Shown: in pieces, positions 9,981 through 19,920 of the stretch
How the letters are laid out: every line of letters starts with the position of its first letter
Position numbering within the stretch: the first letter of the stretch is position 1
IMG/VR virus record: IMGVR_UViG_3300012665_000925
Location: 63,624-127,623 of that record
Length of the DNA stretch: 64,000 nt
DNA from: a virus
Strand: one strand, 5' to 3'
Notes under the pieces: model-generated
The model's input: only the letters and a program-made list of their open reading frames with translations
Databases searched by the model: none
What the model was told of the DNA's origin: nothing
Position numbers and translations under genes: made by a program

Positions 9981-12877
9981 TATCCAATTATAGTGACACG
10001 GTAGGCGTCTGCGGCTACGTTAGACGCAGAGTTCCAACCTAAAGTCACATCTCCTGTCGTGTTGCTGATTTGAACGTCAACCTCAACATTGGAGTTAGTA
10101 GCTAGGTCGCGAACTTGGACGATGTAACCAACTGCTCCAGATGTAGCAGGTAGACCGTGAGTCGACTGTGGGATAGACCAGGTTGCCTGACCGCTTGAGA
10201 TGGTAATCGCAATGTTGTTGGCACTGTACTTACCAGTTGCTCCAAGAGAGGTGCGAGCTGCGGCTGCAGTTGTAGCACCAGTACCACCAGCAGTTACTGG
10301 AAGTGTTCCAGTTGTTAGTGCTGAAGTAGAGGTTGCGTAGACAGCACCGCCAGAAGTGAAGCTGGTAAGACCAGTACCACCCTGAGTGGTTGCCATGGTT
10401 CCAGTAATTACTGTGTTAGCAACTGCGGTAATCGCAACTGAGCCAGAGGTTACTGTGAACTGAGCTGATGGGAATAGCGCAATACCTGCAGCAATTGAAG
10501 TTGCTAGCGAGTGAGTAGTTGTGGCAATGCCAGTTACACGACCGTATGAGTCGGTGGTTAGACCAGAAACAAACGAAGTAGTTGCTGATGGAGTTGTGTT
10601 TGAGTAAGTGACTGTTGCAAGGTCGATGTTGTCAGCGTTAACAACGATGCGAGCTGTGCTTGCAGTACCGACATCGAATGCCGAACCGTTAGCAACAAGA
10701 CCTGCACCAGCAGTTGTTCCAGTTGCACCAGAGAACTGAGTCCAAGAAATAGCGTCGGTACCAATCTTGATACCGTTGACTGGGGCAGTGGATGTACCTT
10801 GTAGAGTTTGGACCCACTGAGTTCCAGCGTTGGTTGTACCAGAGATAACATATACCAAGTCACCAGCTACAAGGTCTCCAGCGTGAGAGTTGTCAGAGTC
10901 TAGAGAACGGGTAAGAATACCAGCTACGCCAGTTTCTGGAGCAGTAGATACGTAGTAAAGACCGTTAACGATAGAAGATGTACCTGCAGCTGCGGTAACA
11001 CCGTTCTTAACAAGAACTCGGTCACCGAGAGCCAAGTTAGTCGCACTGTCAATTGTTTTGAAGCCAGTGGTCGAGAAGGTGATTGTTGCACCAACACCAG
11101 TACCGCCATCTGCACCTGTTGTACCAGCTGCGTAAACAGCTGCAAGAGTTGTGGTTGTTGCATACTTAACAGCGTCGTGAGCGTTTACACCCTGAGCCAT
11201 GTTGTCAACGTATGCCTTGTTAGCAGCGTCAGTGGCGTTTACAGGGGTAGGAACTGTAACTGTTCCAGTGAAGGTAGCGTTGTTAGCTGAAACTGTTCCA
11301 GTAAGGGTCGGGCTTCCAGCGAATACAAGAGCTCCAGTACCAGTCTCGTCTGAGATGATACCTGCAAGTTCAGATGACGAGGTAGCAGCAAGAACGTTTA
11401 GCTTGTCGGTTGTTACAACAAGTGTCTTGCTGGTTGGAATTGTGGTCGAGTTGATGGTAGTGATACCAGCAAGAGTGGTTGAGCTTGAGCCCAAGGCAAT
11501 TGCAGTGGTACCAACGGTTACTGAGGTGTTAGCAAGTTTTGCGTTAGCAATCGAGCCAGCAAGCATTGTGTTGGTAACTGTAGCTGAATCAGCAGAAGTA
11601 ATAAGAGTGCTTGTACCAGCTGGGACAGTAACAGTTCCAGAAGCTGCGGCTGCAGTTACAAGAGTTGTAGTTCCAGATGAAGAACCTGCGATAGTAAGAC
11701 CAGCAGAGCCGATGGCTGGGCTGACTAGTGATAGACCAGAGACGCTAGTTGTGGTTGCACCAAGAGTAAGTGTGCTAGAACCAAGAGTTACCGTGCTGTT
11801 AGCCAACTTGGCATTCGCAATCGAACCAGCAAGCATGGTGCTAGTTACGGTTCCTGTATCACCAGTGGTTACAACCGTACCTGTAACTGCAGGTAGGGTA
11901 ACGGTAGTTGTACCAGCGGCAGCTGATGCCTTAAGAACAGTTGTTCCAGAAGTAGAGCCGTTGAATGTGGCACCAGTTCCACCGACTGTTGGGAGGGTAA
12001 GTGTTACACCAGCGAAGGTAGTTACTGTAGAACCAAGAGATACTGATGTGGAACCAATCACTACAGCTGAGTTTGAAAGCTTTGCGTTGGCGATAGAGCC
12101 AGCAAGCATCGTATTAGTTACAGTTGCGGAGTCGGCAGAAGTGATTAGTGTGCTAGTTCCCGCTGGAATTGTTACTGTACCTGAAGCAGTAGCCGAAGTG
12201 ACTACTGTTGTGTTGCCAGAGGATGAGCCAGCAATTGTAAGACCAGCAGAACCAACTGCAGGAGTTGTAAGAATTGGCGATGTAAGAGTTACACCAGCAA
12301 AAGTAGCGACAGTTGAGCCCAGTGAGACAGAAGTTGAACCAATTGTTACTGCTGAATTAGAGAGCTTAGCGTTAGCGATTGACCCAGCAAGCATGGTGTT
12401 GGTGACGGTCCCAGTGTCGCCAGTAGTGATTACTGTACCTGTAATGGCTGGAAGAGTAATTGTGGTTGTACCAGCAGTAGCACTTGCTACAACGGTGGTT
12501 GTACCAGAAGTAGAACCACTGAATGCCGCACCAGTTCCGCCAATTGTTGGCAACGATAGCGTTAGACCAGAAACGCTAGTAGTGGTTGAGCCAAGGGTTA
12601 GGGTGCTAGAACCAAGAGTGATTGTTGAGTTAGCTAGCTTTGCGTTGGCAATGGCCGCGCCTGATGCAATATCGGCATTGACGATTCCACCAGAGATTAG
12701 TACCTTGTCCCAGGCGGTGCCGTCATATATGTAAAGCACGTTAGCGGTGCTATCGAAGTAGACTTGACCCTTAACAGGTGAAGACGGTGCAGTGCCCGAG
12801 TTCTCGATTACTGCCTGTCTAATCTCGTTCTTGTTGAGATTGATAGGAACTAAGAAGCTCTTTGCATTTATAGCCAT
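9980..12877 (-). CDS. long repetitive tail fibre protein
   Basis: 965 aa with about 90-aa repeats containing TVTNTMLAGSIANAKL; DAANKAYVD; GDRVLVKN motif. Confidence 0.8.
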   Translation of the reverse strand: MAINAKSFLVPINLNKNEIRQAVIENSGTAPSSPVKGQVYFDSTANVLYIYDGTAWDKVLISGGIVNADIASGAAIANAKLANSTITLGSSTLTLGSTTTSVSGLTLSLPTIGGTGAAFSGSTSGTTTVVASATAGTTTITLPAITGTVITTGDTGTVTNTMLAGSIANAKLSNSAVTIGSTSVSLGSTVATFAGVTLTSPILTTPAVGSAGLTIAGSSSGNTTVVTSATASGTVTIPAGTSTLITSADSATVTNTMLAGSIANAKLSNSAVVIGSTSVSLGSTVTTFAGVTLTLPTVGGTGATFNGSTSGTTVLKASAAAGTTTVTLPAVTGTVVTTGDTGTVTSTMLAGSIANAKLANSTVTLGSSTLTLGATTTSVSGLSLVSPAIGSAGLTIAGSSSGTTTLVTAAAASGTVTVPAGTSTLITSADSATVTNTMLAGSIANAKLANTSVTVGTTAIALGSSSTTLAGITTINSTTIPTSKTLVVTTDKLNVLAATSSSELAGIISDETGTGALVFAGSPTLTGTVSANNATFTGTVTVPTPVNATDAANKAYVDNMAQGVNAHDAVKYATTTTLAAVYAAGTTGADGGTGVGATITFSTTGFKTIDSATNLALGDRVLVKNGVTAAAGTSSIVNGLYYVSTAPETGVAGILTRSLDSDNSHAGDLVAGDLVYVISGTTNAGTQWVQTLQGTSTAPVNGIKIGTDAISWTQFSGATGTTAGAGLVANGSAFDVGTASTARIVVNADNIDLATVTYSNTTPSATTSFVSGLTTDSYGRVTGIATTTHSLATSIAAGIALFPSAQFTVTSGSVAITAVANTVITGTMATTQGGTGLTSFTSGGAVYATSTSALTTGTLPVTAGGTGATTAAAARTSLGATGKYSANNIAITISSGQATWSIPQSTHGLPATSGAVGYIVQVRDLATNSNVEVDVQISNTTGDVTLGWNSASNVAADAYRVTIIG

Positions 12878-12894
12878 TATATATTATCCTTGGT

Positions 12895-13323
12895 CTAGGA
12901 GAGGTATGCGTAACCAGAGAGGGCGTTGGAGAATTCTATGGTTAAAGTGTTATTATTATTATACGTTATGTAGCCTTCAATGACATTTCCGTAGTTGTCT
13001 TTGACGGTCACATTTGGGTTGAATCCCAGGTTGTGGACTACTTCCCAGGTTGCGGATGTTGAAGTTTGCCCGTGGGTGTAGTTAATCTTTTGATTATCTG
13101 TCCAGGCGGTGTCGAAATTAGTAGAAGAACCCTTTACTAAAATCTGACCAGTAGTACCACCCGTGGCTACTCCTGCGCCTGCAGTTCCTGCTGGACCCTG
13201 TGGACCAGTTACTACTGTGGTTACAACTACGTCCCAGACTGAGCCAGTCCATTTCCAGGTGCGCTCGCCGACCGTAAACGTCTCGTTTACTTGGGGGGAG
13301 TTTGGAAAATCAATTGCTGTCAT
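12895..13323 (-). CDS. virion structural/tail protein
   Basis: IDFPNSP..WKWTGSVW; GGTTGQILVK; W.V.HNLGFNPNVTV. Confidence 0.7.
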   Translation of the reverse strand: MTAIDFPNSPQVNETFTVGERTWKWTGSVWDVVVTTVVTGPQGPAGTAGAGVATGGTTGQILVKGSSTNFDTAWTDNQKINYTHGQTSTSATWEVVHNLGFNPNVTVKDNYGNVIEGYITYNNNNTLTIEFSNALSGYAYLS

Positions 13324-14375
13324 TATGGTACCTCGTATGTTCCTGATAGGTAAAAGTAGTCTGCGGTCTGAACCGTAAGTGGGGTGTTGTGGTCAAATGC
13401 GACATCTTTAGCACTTGAGCCTGGGTGCCACAAAGTTATTGTTGTAGTTCCACTTTCAGCATCTGCGGCTATTGCGTGATGATTTCCAGTAGATGCATCG
13501 TGGAATCCGCCATCTCTAAAAACATAATCTGCTACTGGTGCAAATGGCAAAGTTAAAGAGTATTGACCAGTCCCAAAATTTGTGACATTTGTGCAAGCAA
13601 CATTTATTCTGAAATGAACAAGTTTTCCAATTTTGATGTATTTTCCAGTTGCTGGAGTTCCAGTATAAGTTAGTCCAGTCCCAGACCATACTGGAGAGTA
13701 TGATTCAGAAGTTGGATTTAGAGCAGGTCCTGGTTCACCTTGTGCCCCAGTTGCTCCAGTGTCACCAACAAGAGACGCCAACCATGCTGCTTCGGTGCCA
13801 ACAAATCCGTTAGCTACAGCAATTTCGTATGCCGAGTCACCATCCGTACCATTTGTTCCGTTGGTTCCGTTTGTTCCGTTTGTTCCAGCGGCACCAGTTG
13901 CTCCCGTTGCGCCAGTTGCTCCCGTAGCACCTGTAGGGATAGTGAAGTTCAAAGTCTGAGACGGTGGAGTTCCTGAAATAGTAACGCTTGCTGCTGAGCC
14001 AGGGCTTCCAGTAGTTGTGTTGCCGATACTCAGCGCAGTAGCTGGACCTATATAAGAAGTAGAGGTCTCAACCCAGTAGCCGTCGTATCGCAGATACATC
14101 TGCGCTGTAGATGAGCGGAACCATGTATCTCCGACTTGTGGGTTTAATGGTGCGGTTTCAGAAACCGTATAAGTTCCTTTTGGCCCTTGTGCTCCAGTTG
14201 CACCCGTGGCACCTGCTGGTCCAGTGGCTCCAGCGGCTCCTGCAGGTCCCGCGGCTCCCTGAGGACCGCCAATACTAACCTCAACGTGGACAGCTTGCTC
14301 TTCAACAATAATCTTGTTGGCATCGTATTGGTCTACATAGACCCTATTTGGTAGGTCATTTTGCTCAATTGCCAC
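13323..14375 (-). CDS. collagen-like tail fibre protein
   Basis: Gly-X-Y runs (GATGPAGATG, GTNGTNG); SAYEIAVANGFVGTEAAWLASL; C-terminal fibre-tip-like domain. Confidence 0.85.
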   Translation of the reverse strand: MAIEQNDLPNRVYVDQYDANKIIVEEQAVHVEVSIGGPQGAAGPAGAAGATGPAGATGATGAQGPKGTYTVSETAPLNPQVGDTWFRSSTAQMYLRYDGYWVETSTSYIGPATALSIGNTTTGSPGSAASVTISGTPPSQTLNFTIPTGATGATGATGATGAAGTNGTNGTNGTNGTDGDSAYEIAVANGFVGTEAAWLASLVGDTGATGAQGEPGPALNPTSESYSPVWSGTGLTYTGTPATGKYIKIGKLVHFRINVACTNVTNFGTGQYSLTLPFAPVADYVFRDGGFHDASTGNHHAIAADAESGTTTITLWHPGSSAKDVAFDHNTPLTVQTADYFYLSGTYEVP

Positions 14376-14755
14376 TAGCGAGTCACCTCAGCTTTGACAA
14401 CGAAGTTACCTTCGATGATACTGTGCACCTCAGTCCCGCCTGTCGCGACTAGTTCTAAGTCGTAAACATACTGCCCTGCAGCAACATTGGACATAGTATT
14501 AGCGTCGATTAGTAGGGTGATTTGTCCTTTGGTATCGGCTGAACCGTCTGCTCCTAGAGTGATTCGGCCATTAGCAGTGGTGAGTGAGATGGTTACGGTG
14601 TCTGAAGTTACGTTTGGGCGGACCTGCATTCTTGCAGTCCACGTTCCAATAGCGATGGGGGCCTTTGCAGAGTCTGTCCAGGTGATGGTACGCGAAAACG
14701 TACTGCCCTGTTTAGCAGTAATATTGTAGATTCCAGCAGGTGCGCAGCAGCTCAT
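14375..14755 (-). CDS. BppU-like baseplate/tail adaptor
   Basis: YNITAKQGSTF, ARMQVR, YVYDLEL..IIEGNFVV pattern. Confidence 0.65.
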   Translation of the reverse strand: MSCCAPAGIYNITAKQGSTFSRTITWTDSAKAPIAIGTWTARMQVRPNVTSDTVTISLTTANGRITLGADGSADTKGQITLLIDANTMSNVAAGQYVYDLELVATGGTEVHSIIEGNFVVKAEVTR

Positions 14756-14861
14756 GTTGCCTCGATTCGGAGAGAAATTAAAGTCTATTCTTAGTTTACA
14801 CCACTTATCGCTAGACAATACGGGCAATAGTCCGATAGACTAACAGAATGGAGAGATTTTA

Positions 14862-15830
14862 ATGGCTAAAAGTATGAGATTTGAGTACCCATATCTGGAG
14901 GATTTTGGGGCTAGATTAGTGCATCTTATGGACCGCCCTGAACCAGAAGTGAAAGAGTGGACTGCACTAAACCCATCTGTGGGTTATTCTGAGGAAGACG
15001 GGCATATCTGCCTGATTCGCTCTAGTAATTACAAAATTAACCCGACGACCCGTGAGTTCGAGATTCTCACTTCTGGAGACATTAGAACACATACGTGGGT
15101 ATGTAGCCTAGACAGCGAGACCTGGAAAGTCAGTAATCTTCGTGAAATCAAGATTGTTGGCGGCCCTGCCGTTCCCCGAGGAATCGAAGATGCTAGATTA
15201 TTCCGTCGTGATGGCGTTTGGTACATGCACGGCGTAATGCTTGAGCGTGCTCACACTGTCCCTGCCCGCCTTGCGGTGTATCGACTAGACCTAAAAACTA
15301 ACGAGGCACACTTCATTGAAAAAATGGAGGGACCTAACGTTGACCGCCCAGAAAAGAACTGGATGACTACGTTCAATGAGGCTAGTCCTAATTTTGAATA
15401 TGTTTACAGTCCTACTGGTATTTTGAAGGATGGCCTATTTATTAGTAGACCTAACTCAAATGAGGAGATTGCTCAGATTAGAGGCGGTAGCTCACTTTTG
15501 GAGCTAGATGGCGGTGGCTACATTGCCATTACCCACACTGTCTACGATAAAAAAGAGCAGTTCTCGGAAGATGGCTACATCAAACAGCGTGTTTTCCGTA
15601 GCTACACTCATCAGTTTGTTCGATATGACAACTATGCCAAAATCATTGAAGTCAGCCCTGAGTTTTTGTTTGAGGGTTACCCAGTTGAGTTCGCCGCTGG
15701 TATTGCAGATGCAGGGGATAACTTTGTTATCTCTTACGGTATTGAAGACTCCAGTGCAAATCTTGCAGTTATTCCAAAGAAAAACGTTATGGATATGTTC
15801 TACCCTGCCGATGAGGTAGAAGACTGGTAG
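14862..15830 (+). CDS. beta-propeller glycoside hydrolase-like protein
   Basis: NPS, GIEDARLF, EKNWM, RGGS, VEFAAG, ISYGIED motifs. Confidence 0.65.
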   Translation: MAKSMRFEYPYLEDFGARLVHLMDRPEPEVKEWTALNPSVGYSEEDGHICLIRSSNYKINPTTREFEILTSGDIRTHTWVCSLDSETWKVSNLREIKIVGGPAVPRGIEDARLFRRDGVWYMHGVMLERAHTVPARLAVYRLDLKTNEAHFIEKMEGPNVDRPEKNWMTTFNEASPNFEYVYSPTGILKDGLFISRPNSNEEIAQIRGGSSLLELDGGGYIAITHTVYDKKEQFSEDGYIKQRVFRSYTHQFVRYDNYAKIIEVSPEFLFEGYPVEFAAGIADAGDNFVISYGIEDSSANLAVIPKKNVMDMFYPADEVEDW

Positions 15831-15832
15831 CC

Positions 15833-16063
15833 ATGGCTGATAGCGACTTATTAGAACTAACTGACCTAGATTTAGACGAGGATAATGAAGAACGTTTAGC
15901 TCATTACGCCGAATCCTCTGAGGTTACAGAGGGGTATATTATGGGAACACCCGTAATAGCCCTGTGTGGGAAAGTCTTCGTGCCCTCTAGAGACCCCGAA
16001 AAACTAAGGGTTTGCCCGATTTGCAAAAAAATTGTAGAGGCACTATTCTTGAATCACGAGTAA
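15833..16063 (+). CDS. DUF3039 family protein
   Basis: HYAE..VTEGYIMGTPVIALCGKVFVPSRDP...CPICK. Confidence 0.85.
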   Translation: MADSDLLELTDLDLDEDNEERLAHYAESSEVTEGYIMGTPVIALCGKVFVPSRDPEKLRVCPICKKIVEALFLNHE

Positions 16064-16136
16064 TACTCCCCCTTTCTGGGAGGATGTATACTTGTAAAAC
16101 AACAATAACTCCCTAAAGAAAGCGGTAACGCAGCAT

Positions 16137-18170
16137 ATGTTCTCATTTAAATTGAATGAAGAGTTCGTAGCGGAGTACAAGTCCAAGGAATCCCCTTTTG
16201 GTTACAAAGATGCCGCTGGCAACTCTGTAGGCGAAATTACATTTCTACGCACGTACTCACGCAAAAAAGAAGATGGCACTAAAGAAACCTGGTCAGAAGT
16301 TTGTGAGCGTGTAACTAACGGTACATACTCAATCCAGAAAGACCACGCAAAGCAGAACCGCTTGCCATGGTCAGACGCTAAGGCTGCTGCCTCGGCAAAG
16401 GAGTTCTTTGACTCCCTATTCCACCTCAAGTGGTCTCCTCCAGGTCGTGGACTCTGGGTCATGGGAACTAACATTGTAAACATCCAGAAGAACTCGGCTG
16501 CTCTGCAGAACTGTGCTTTTGTATCTACTTTGGAAATGACCAAGCAGAACCCAGGTAAGCCATTCGCATTCCTCATGGAAGCATCGATGCTCGGTGTGGG
16601 TGTTGGCTTTGACGACAAGGGTGCTGACAAGAACTTTGAAATCTATGAGCCAGGTCAGCCTCAGGAATACGTAATTCCAGACACCCGTGAGGGTTGGATG
16701 GAGTCGACTGTCGCACTTATCAACTCATTCTTGAAGCCAGAGCAGCCAAGCTGGGACTTTAACTACGACCAGATTCGCCCATACGGTGCACCTATTGCAA
16801 CCTTTGGTGGAACTGCTTCAGGTCCAGACCCACTTATCGCTCTTCACAACAAGATTCGTGACTTGCTCATGGGTCGCAAAGGTGAGCTACTGACTACTGT
16901 CGACATTGCTGACATCGGTAACCTAATCGGTCGCTGTGTTGTATCAGGTAACGTTCGTCGTTCGGCTGAGCTTTTGATTGGTCGAATTGACGACGACAAC
17001 TTCTTAAACCTTAAGAATGTCGAGCAGTTCCCTGAGCGTAACTCATACGATGCTGAAGCCCCTGGTTGGGGTTGGATGTCAAACAACTCAGTCATGGTAA
17101 ACGTTGGAACTGACTTCTCAAAGATTATCGATGGAATCATCCGCAACGGTGAGCCTGGCGTTATCTGGGAAGACATCTCTAAGGCTTATGGCCGTCTAGG
17201 TGACCCAATCAACAACAAGGACCACCGCATCATGGGCTACAACCCTTGTGCAGAGCAGTCGCTTGAGAGCTACGAAATGTGTACTCTTGTTGAGACTTAC
17301 CTAAACCGTCACGACTCGTTGGAAGACTACAAGCGTACTTTGAAGTTCGCTTACCTCTATGCCAAGACCGTAACCCTACTTCCTACTCACTGGGAAGAGA
17401 CCAACGCCATCATGCAGCGTAACCGTCGTATCGGAACTTCAATGTCTGGTATTGCTAACTTCGCTGACAACAAGGGCATCCCAGCTCTTCGTACATGGAT
17501 GGACGAAGGCTACTCAGTTGTAAAGCGTTACGACACTGTCTACTCTGAGTGGTTGGGTATCCGTGAGTCAATCAAGACCACGACCGTTAAGCCATCGGGT
17601 ACTGTGTCTATTCTTGCTGGTGAGTCTCCAGGTGTTCACTGGACTCCAGGTGGCGAATACTTCATGCGTGCAATCCGCTTCGGAAACAACGACCCAATGT
17701 TGCCACTATTCAAGATGGCTAACTACACGATTGAGCCAGCCTCTGAATCACCAGAGACTACTTCAGTAGTGTTCTTCCCAATCAAGTCAGGGGCTAAGCG
17801 TGCAGAACGCGACGTCACTATCTTTGAGAAGATGGCGCTCGCGGCAACTGCTCAGCGTTACTGGTCAGACAACTCTGTATCGGTGACTATCTCGTTTGAC
17901 CCTGAGACAGAAGCCAAGCACGTTGAGTCTGTACTTCACATGTATGACGGTCAGCTAAAAACTGTATCGTTCTTGCCGTCTGGTAACTTTACCTATCCTC
18001 AGATGCCGTACACCCAGATTACTAAGGAAGAGTTCGAGGACGCAGCTGGTAAGTTGTTCCCTATCTCATTCGATGGTGTCTACCAGGGTCTTGGTGTCGA
18101 GGCTATCGGTGAGGCATACTGCACCACAGACGCCTGTGAAATCAAGTTGATTGTGGAGAACCAGAAATAA
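16137..18170 (+). CDS. nrdJ: class II (AdoCbl-dependent) ribonucleotide reductase
   Basis: FLRTYSR, PPGRGLW, NCAF, GNVRRSAE, NPCAEQ.LE..E.C.L, TVKPSGTVS, C-terminal CTTDAC. Confidence 0.95.
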   Translation: MFSFKLNEEFVAEYKSKESPFGYKDAAGNSVGEITFLRTYSRKKEDGTKETWSEVCERVTNGTYSIQKDHAKQNRLPWSDAKAAASAKEFFDSLFHLKWSPPGRGLWVMGTNIVNIQKNSAALQNCAFVSTLEMTKQNPGKPFAFLMEASMLGVGVGFDDKGADKNFEIYEPGQPQEYVIPDTREGWMESTVALINSFLKPEQPSWDFNYDQIRPYGAPIATFGGTASGPDPLIALHNKIRDLLMGRKGELLTTVDIADIGNLIGRCVVSGNVRRSAELLIGRIDDDNFLNLKNVEQFPERNSYDAEAPGWGWMSNNSVMVNVGTDFSKIIDGIIRNGEPGVIWEDISKAYGRLGDPINNKDHRIMGYNPCAEQSLESYEMCTLVETYLNRHDSLEDYKRTLKFAYLYAKTVTLLPTHWEETNAIMQRNRRIGTSMSGIANFADNKGIPALRTWMDEGYSVVKRYDTVYSEWLGIRESIKTTTVKPSGTVSILAGESPGVHWTPGGEYFMRAIRFGNNDPMLPLFKMANYTIEPASESPETTSVVFFPIKSGAKRAERDVTIFEKMALAATAQRYWSDNSVSVTISFDPETEAKHVESVLHMYDGQLKTVSFLPSGNFTYPQMPYTQITKEEFEDAAGKLFPISFDGVYQGLGVEAIGEAYCTTDACEIKLIVENQK

Positions 18171-18746
18171 TTGGTAGTAATCAGTAGCGTCTACACAAAG
18201 ACTGGCGACCAAGGAACTACTTCTCTCGGAGACGGGAGTCGTACTTCTAAGAACGATGCCAGACTTGAAGCGTTCTCAACTGTAGATGAGGCCAACTCCA
18301 GCATTGGAGTTGCCTTGTCTATGGACATTGATGCTGATGTGAAGGAGGTCCTGCTCCGCATTCAAAACGACATGTTTGATGTTGGGGCAGACCTCTGCAC
18401 ACCAGTTATTGATGACCCTAAGTATCCACCGCTAAGAGTTACGGAAGAGCAGGTTACTCGACTAGAGAACCTAATCGACCAATACAATGAGCCTCTAAGC
18501 ACTCTTAGAACTTTTGTGCTCCCTAGCGGAACTCCGTTGGCGGCTCAGCTTCATGTAGCCAGAACCGTGGTTCGCAGAGCAGAACGTCAGACTTGGAACG
18601 CTATCCATGCGTTTGGTGAGGGTGTCAACATCACTACTGCCAAGTATCTCAACCGTTTGTCTGACTTACTATTCGTACTATCCCGTCACGCTAACCGCGA
18701 GATTGGCGATGTGCTTTGGGTTCCAGGTGCTAACCGTGAAAAATAA
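18171..18746 (+). CDS. pduO: PduO-type ATP:cob(I)alamin adenosyltransferase
   Basis: YTKTGDQGTT, TVDEANS, QNDMFDVGADL, FVLP, RTVVRRAER, YLNRLSDLLF. Confidence 0.93.
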   Translation: MVVISSVYTKTGDQGTTSLGDGSRTSKNDARLEAFSTVDEANSSIGVALSMDIDADVKEVLLRIQNDMFDVGADLCTPVIDDPKYPPLRVTEEQVTRLENLIDQYNEPLSTLRTFVLPSGTPLAAQLHVARTVVRRAERQTWNAIHAFGEGVNITTAKYLNRLSDLLFVLSRHANREIGDVLWVPGANREK

Positions 18747-19215
18747 AAATCTAAGTATCTTAATCACCGCTGGGCTAGTTCTTGGTGGTGTCGGATTTGT
18801 TGTTGCTACTCAGCCTGACAAGGAGTGCGTGAATGTCTATGTTGACTATGGGGTCTTAGACTCTAATGCAAAGTCGACTAAGTGCATTTCTGTAAGTGGA
18901 GAAGCTAATGGTCTAGAAGTTCTAACTAAAGCTGGTCTCTCAGTTGAGGGTACTGGTAAGTATGGGCTGCAGATTGTATGCCGTGTGAACTCTCTACCTA
19001 GTGCAACTAGACCAATCGGTATCAAAGACCACGAAGACTACGTTGAAACCTGTGCTGAGATGCCAGCAGCATTCGCCTACTGGGCAGTGATTGTCAAGAA
19101 GGGTGCTCTACCTTGGGGTTGGGCAGATACTGGAATTGACAAGGTAACACTCAAGGCTGGCGACTCTGTCGGTCTTGTGTTTGCTGACAACGAGAATGTG
19201 AAGTTCCCAGAATGA
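18736..19215 (+). CDS. membrane-anchored DUF4430/transcobalamin-beta-like protein
   Basis: N-terminal TM/signal, then VYVDYG..C..GLEVL..AG..VCRVN..P...AYW...W.WA..G.....LKAGDSVG. Confidence 0.55.
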   Translation: MKNKNLSILITAGLVLGGVGFVVATQPDKECVNVYVDYGVLDSNAKSTKCISVSGEANGLEVLTKAGLSVEGTGKYGLQIVCRVNSLPSATRPIGIKDHEDYVETCAEMPAAFAYWAVIVKKGALPWGWADTGIDKVTLKAGDSVGLVFADNENVKFPE

Positions 19216-19394
19216 TTGCCGTTAAGAATCAAGATGAAAAACAAATTTTTGATGAGCTAGTTAAACGCAACTTCAAAACAACTAATCAAAAGTCAGCATC
19301 TCGAATCGCTATTGAAGTTGGAATCCAACTAACAGCTTTTTGGGCACTAACCAACCTAGCCATTTATGTATGGCGTCTATGCACAGGCTGCTAA
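19212..19394 (+). CDS. small membrane protein
   Basis: ATGA overlap with upstream gene; C-terminal hydrophobic helix. Confidence 0.5.
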   Translation: MIAVKNQDEKQIFDELVKRNFKTTNQKSASRIAIEVGIQLTAFWALTNLAIYVWRLCTGC

Positions 19395-19410
19395 AGAAAG
19401 AAGAATAAGA

Positions 19411-19641
19411 ATGAGCGTAATCGTTTACAGTAACCCAAACTGCGTCCAGTGTGAGCAGACCAAACGTTTCTTGACTGTCAAGGGCGTTGAGTTCGAAGCC
19501 AAGATGATTCAGGACAGTCCAGAGGTCTTTGCCCTCATCGAGGCGAAGGGCTACTCGTCAGCTCCCGTGGTTGTGGTCGGCGAAGACAGCTGGTCTGGAT
19601 TCCGTCTAGACAAGCTAAACACACTGGTCCACCAGGACTAG
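19411..19641 (+). CDS. nrdH: NrdH-like glutaredoxin
   Basis: CVQC, APVVVVG..WSGFR. Confidence 0.92.
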   Translation: MSVIVYSNPNCVQCEQTKRFLTVKGVEFEAKMIQDSPEVFALIEAKGYSSAPVVVVGEDSWSGFRLDKLNTLVHQD

Positions 19642-19654
19642 CAAATACTAGAAG

Positions 19655-19681
19655 CCCCTCCTTCGGGAGGGGTTTTCTTTT
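19655..19681 (+). terminator. intrinsic terminator ending the nrdJ operon
   Basis: CCCCTCC-TTCG-GGAGGGG-TTTTCTTTT. Confidence 0.85.
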
Positions 19682-19699
19682 ATGCGGTAGAATTGTTGC

Positions 19700-19894
19700 A
19701 TGGCTACTACATACGAATACAAATGCTCGGAAAACCCAGAGCATAAATACCTCGAATACCGAAGTATGCACGAGGACCAGAAGCAGCTGACTTGCGTTGA
19801 AGAGGGTTGCGACGGTAAACTATTGAGAGTGTTCTACGCACCGAAGATTAACTTCAAAGGCGGAGGATTCGGAACCAATAAAGACTGGGTATAG
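19700..19894 (+). CDS. FmdB-like zinc-ribbon protein
   Basis: TYEYKC...C....C..LLRVF..INFKGGGF; leaderless start 6 nt after TAGAAT. Confidence 0.8.
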   Translation: MATTYEYKCSENPEHKYLEYRSMHEDQKQLTCVEEGCDGKLLRVFYAPKINFKGGGFGTNKDWV

Positions 19895-19920
19895 CCCACT
19901 AAATAGATAGAGACGTAACG

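Noticed and set aside
11199-12734. 511-aa plus-strand ORF
   Set aside because: Antisense shadow of the repetitive tail fibre gene; no SD or independent signature
13840-14270. 9-bp periodic repeats
   Set aside because: Explained by collagen Gly-X-Y coding
16064-16136. Cobalamin riboswitch upstream of nrdJ
   Set aside because: Only about 70 nt, with no recognisable B12-box
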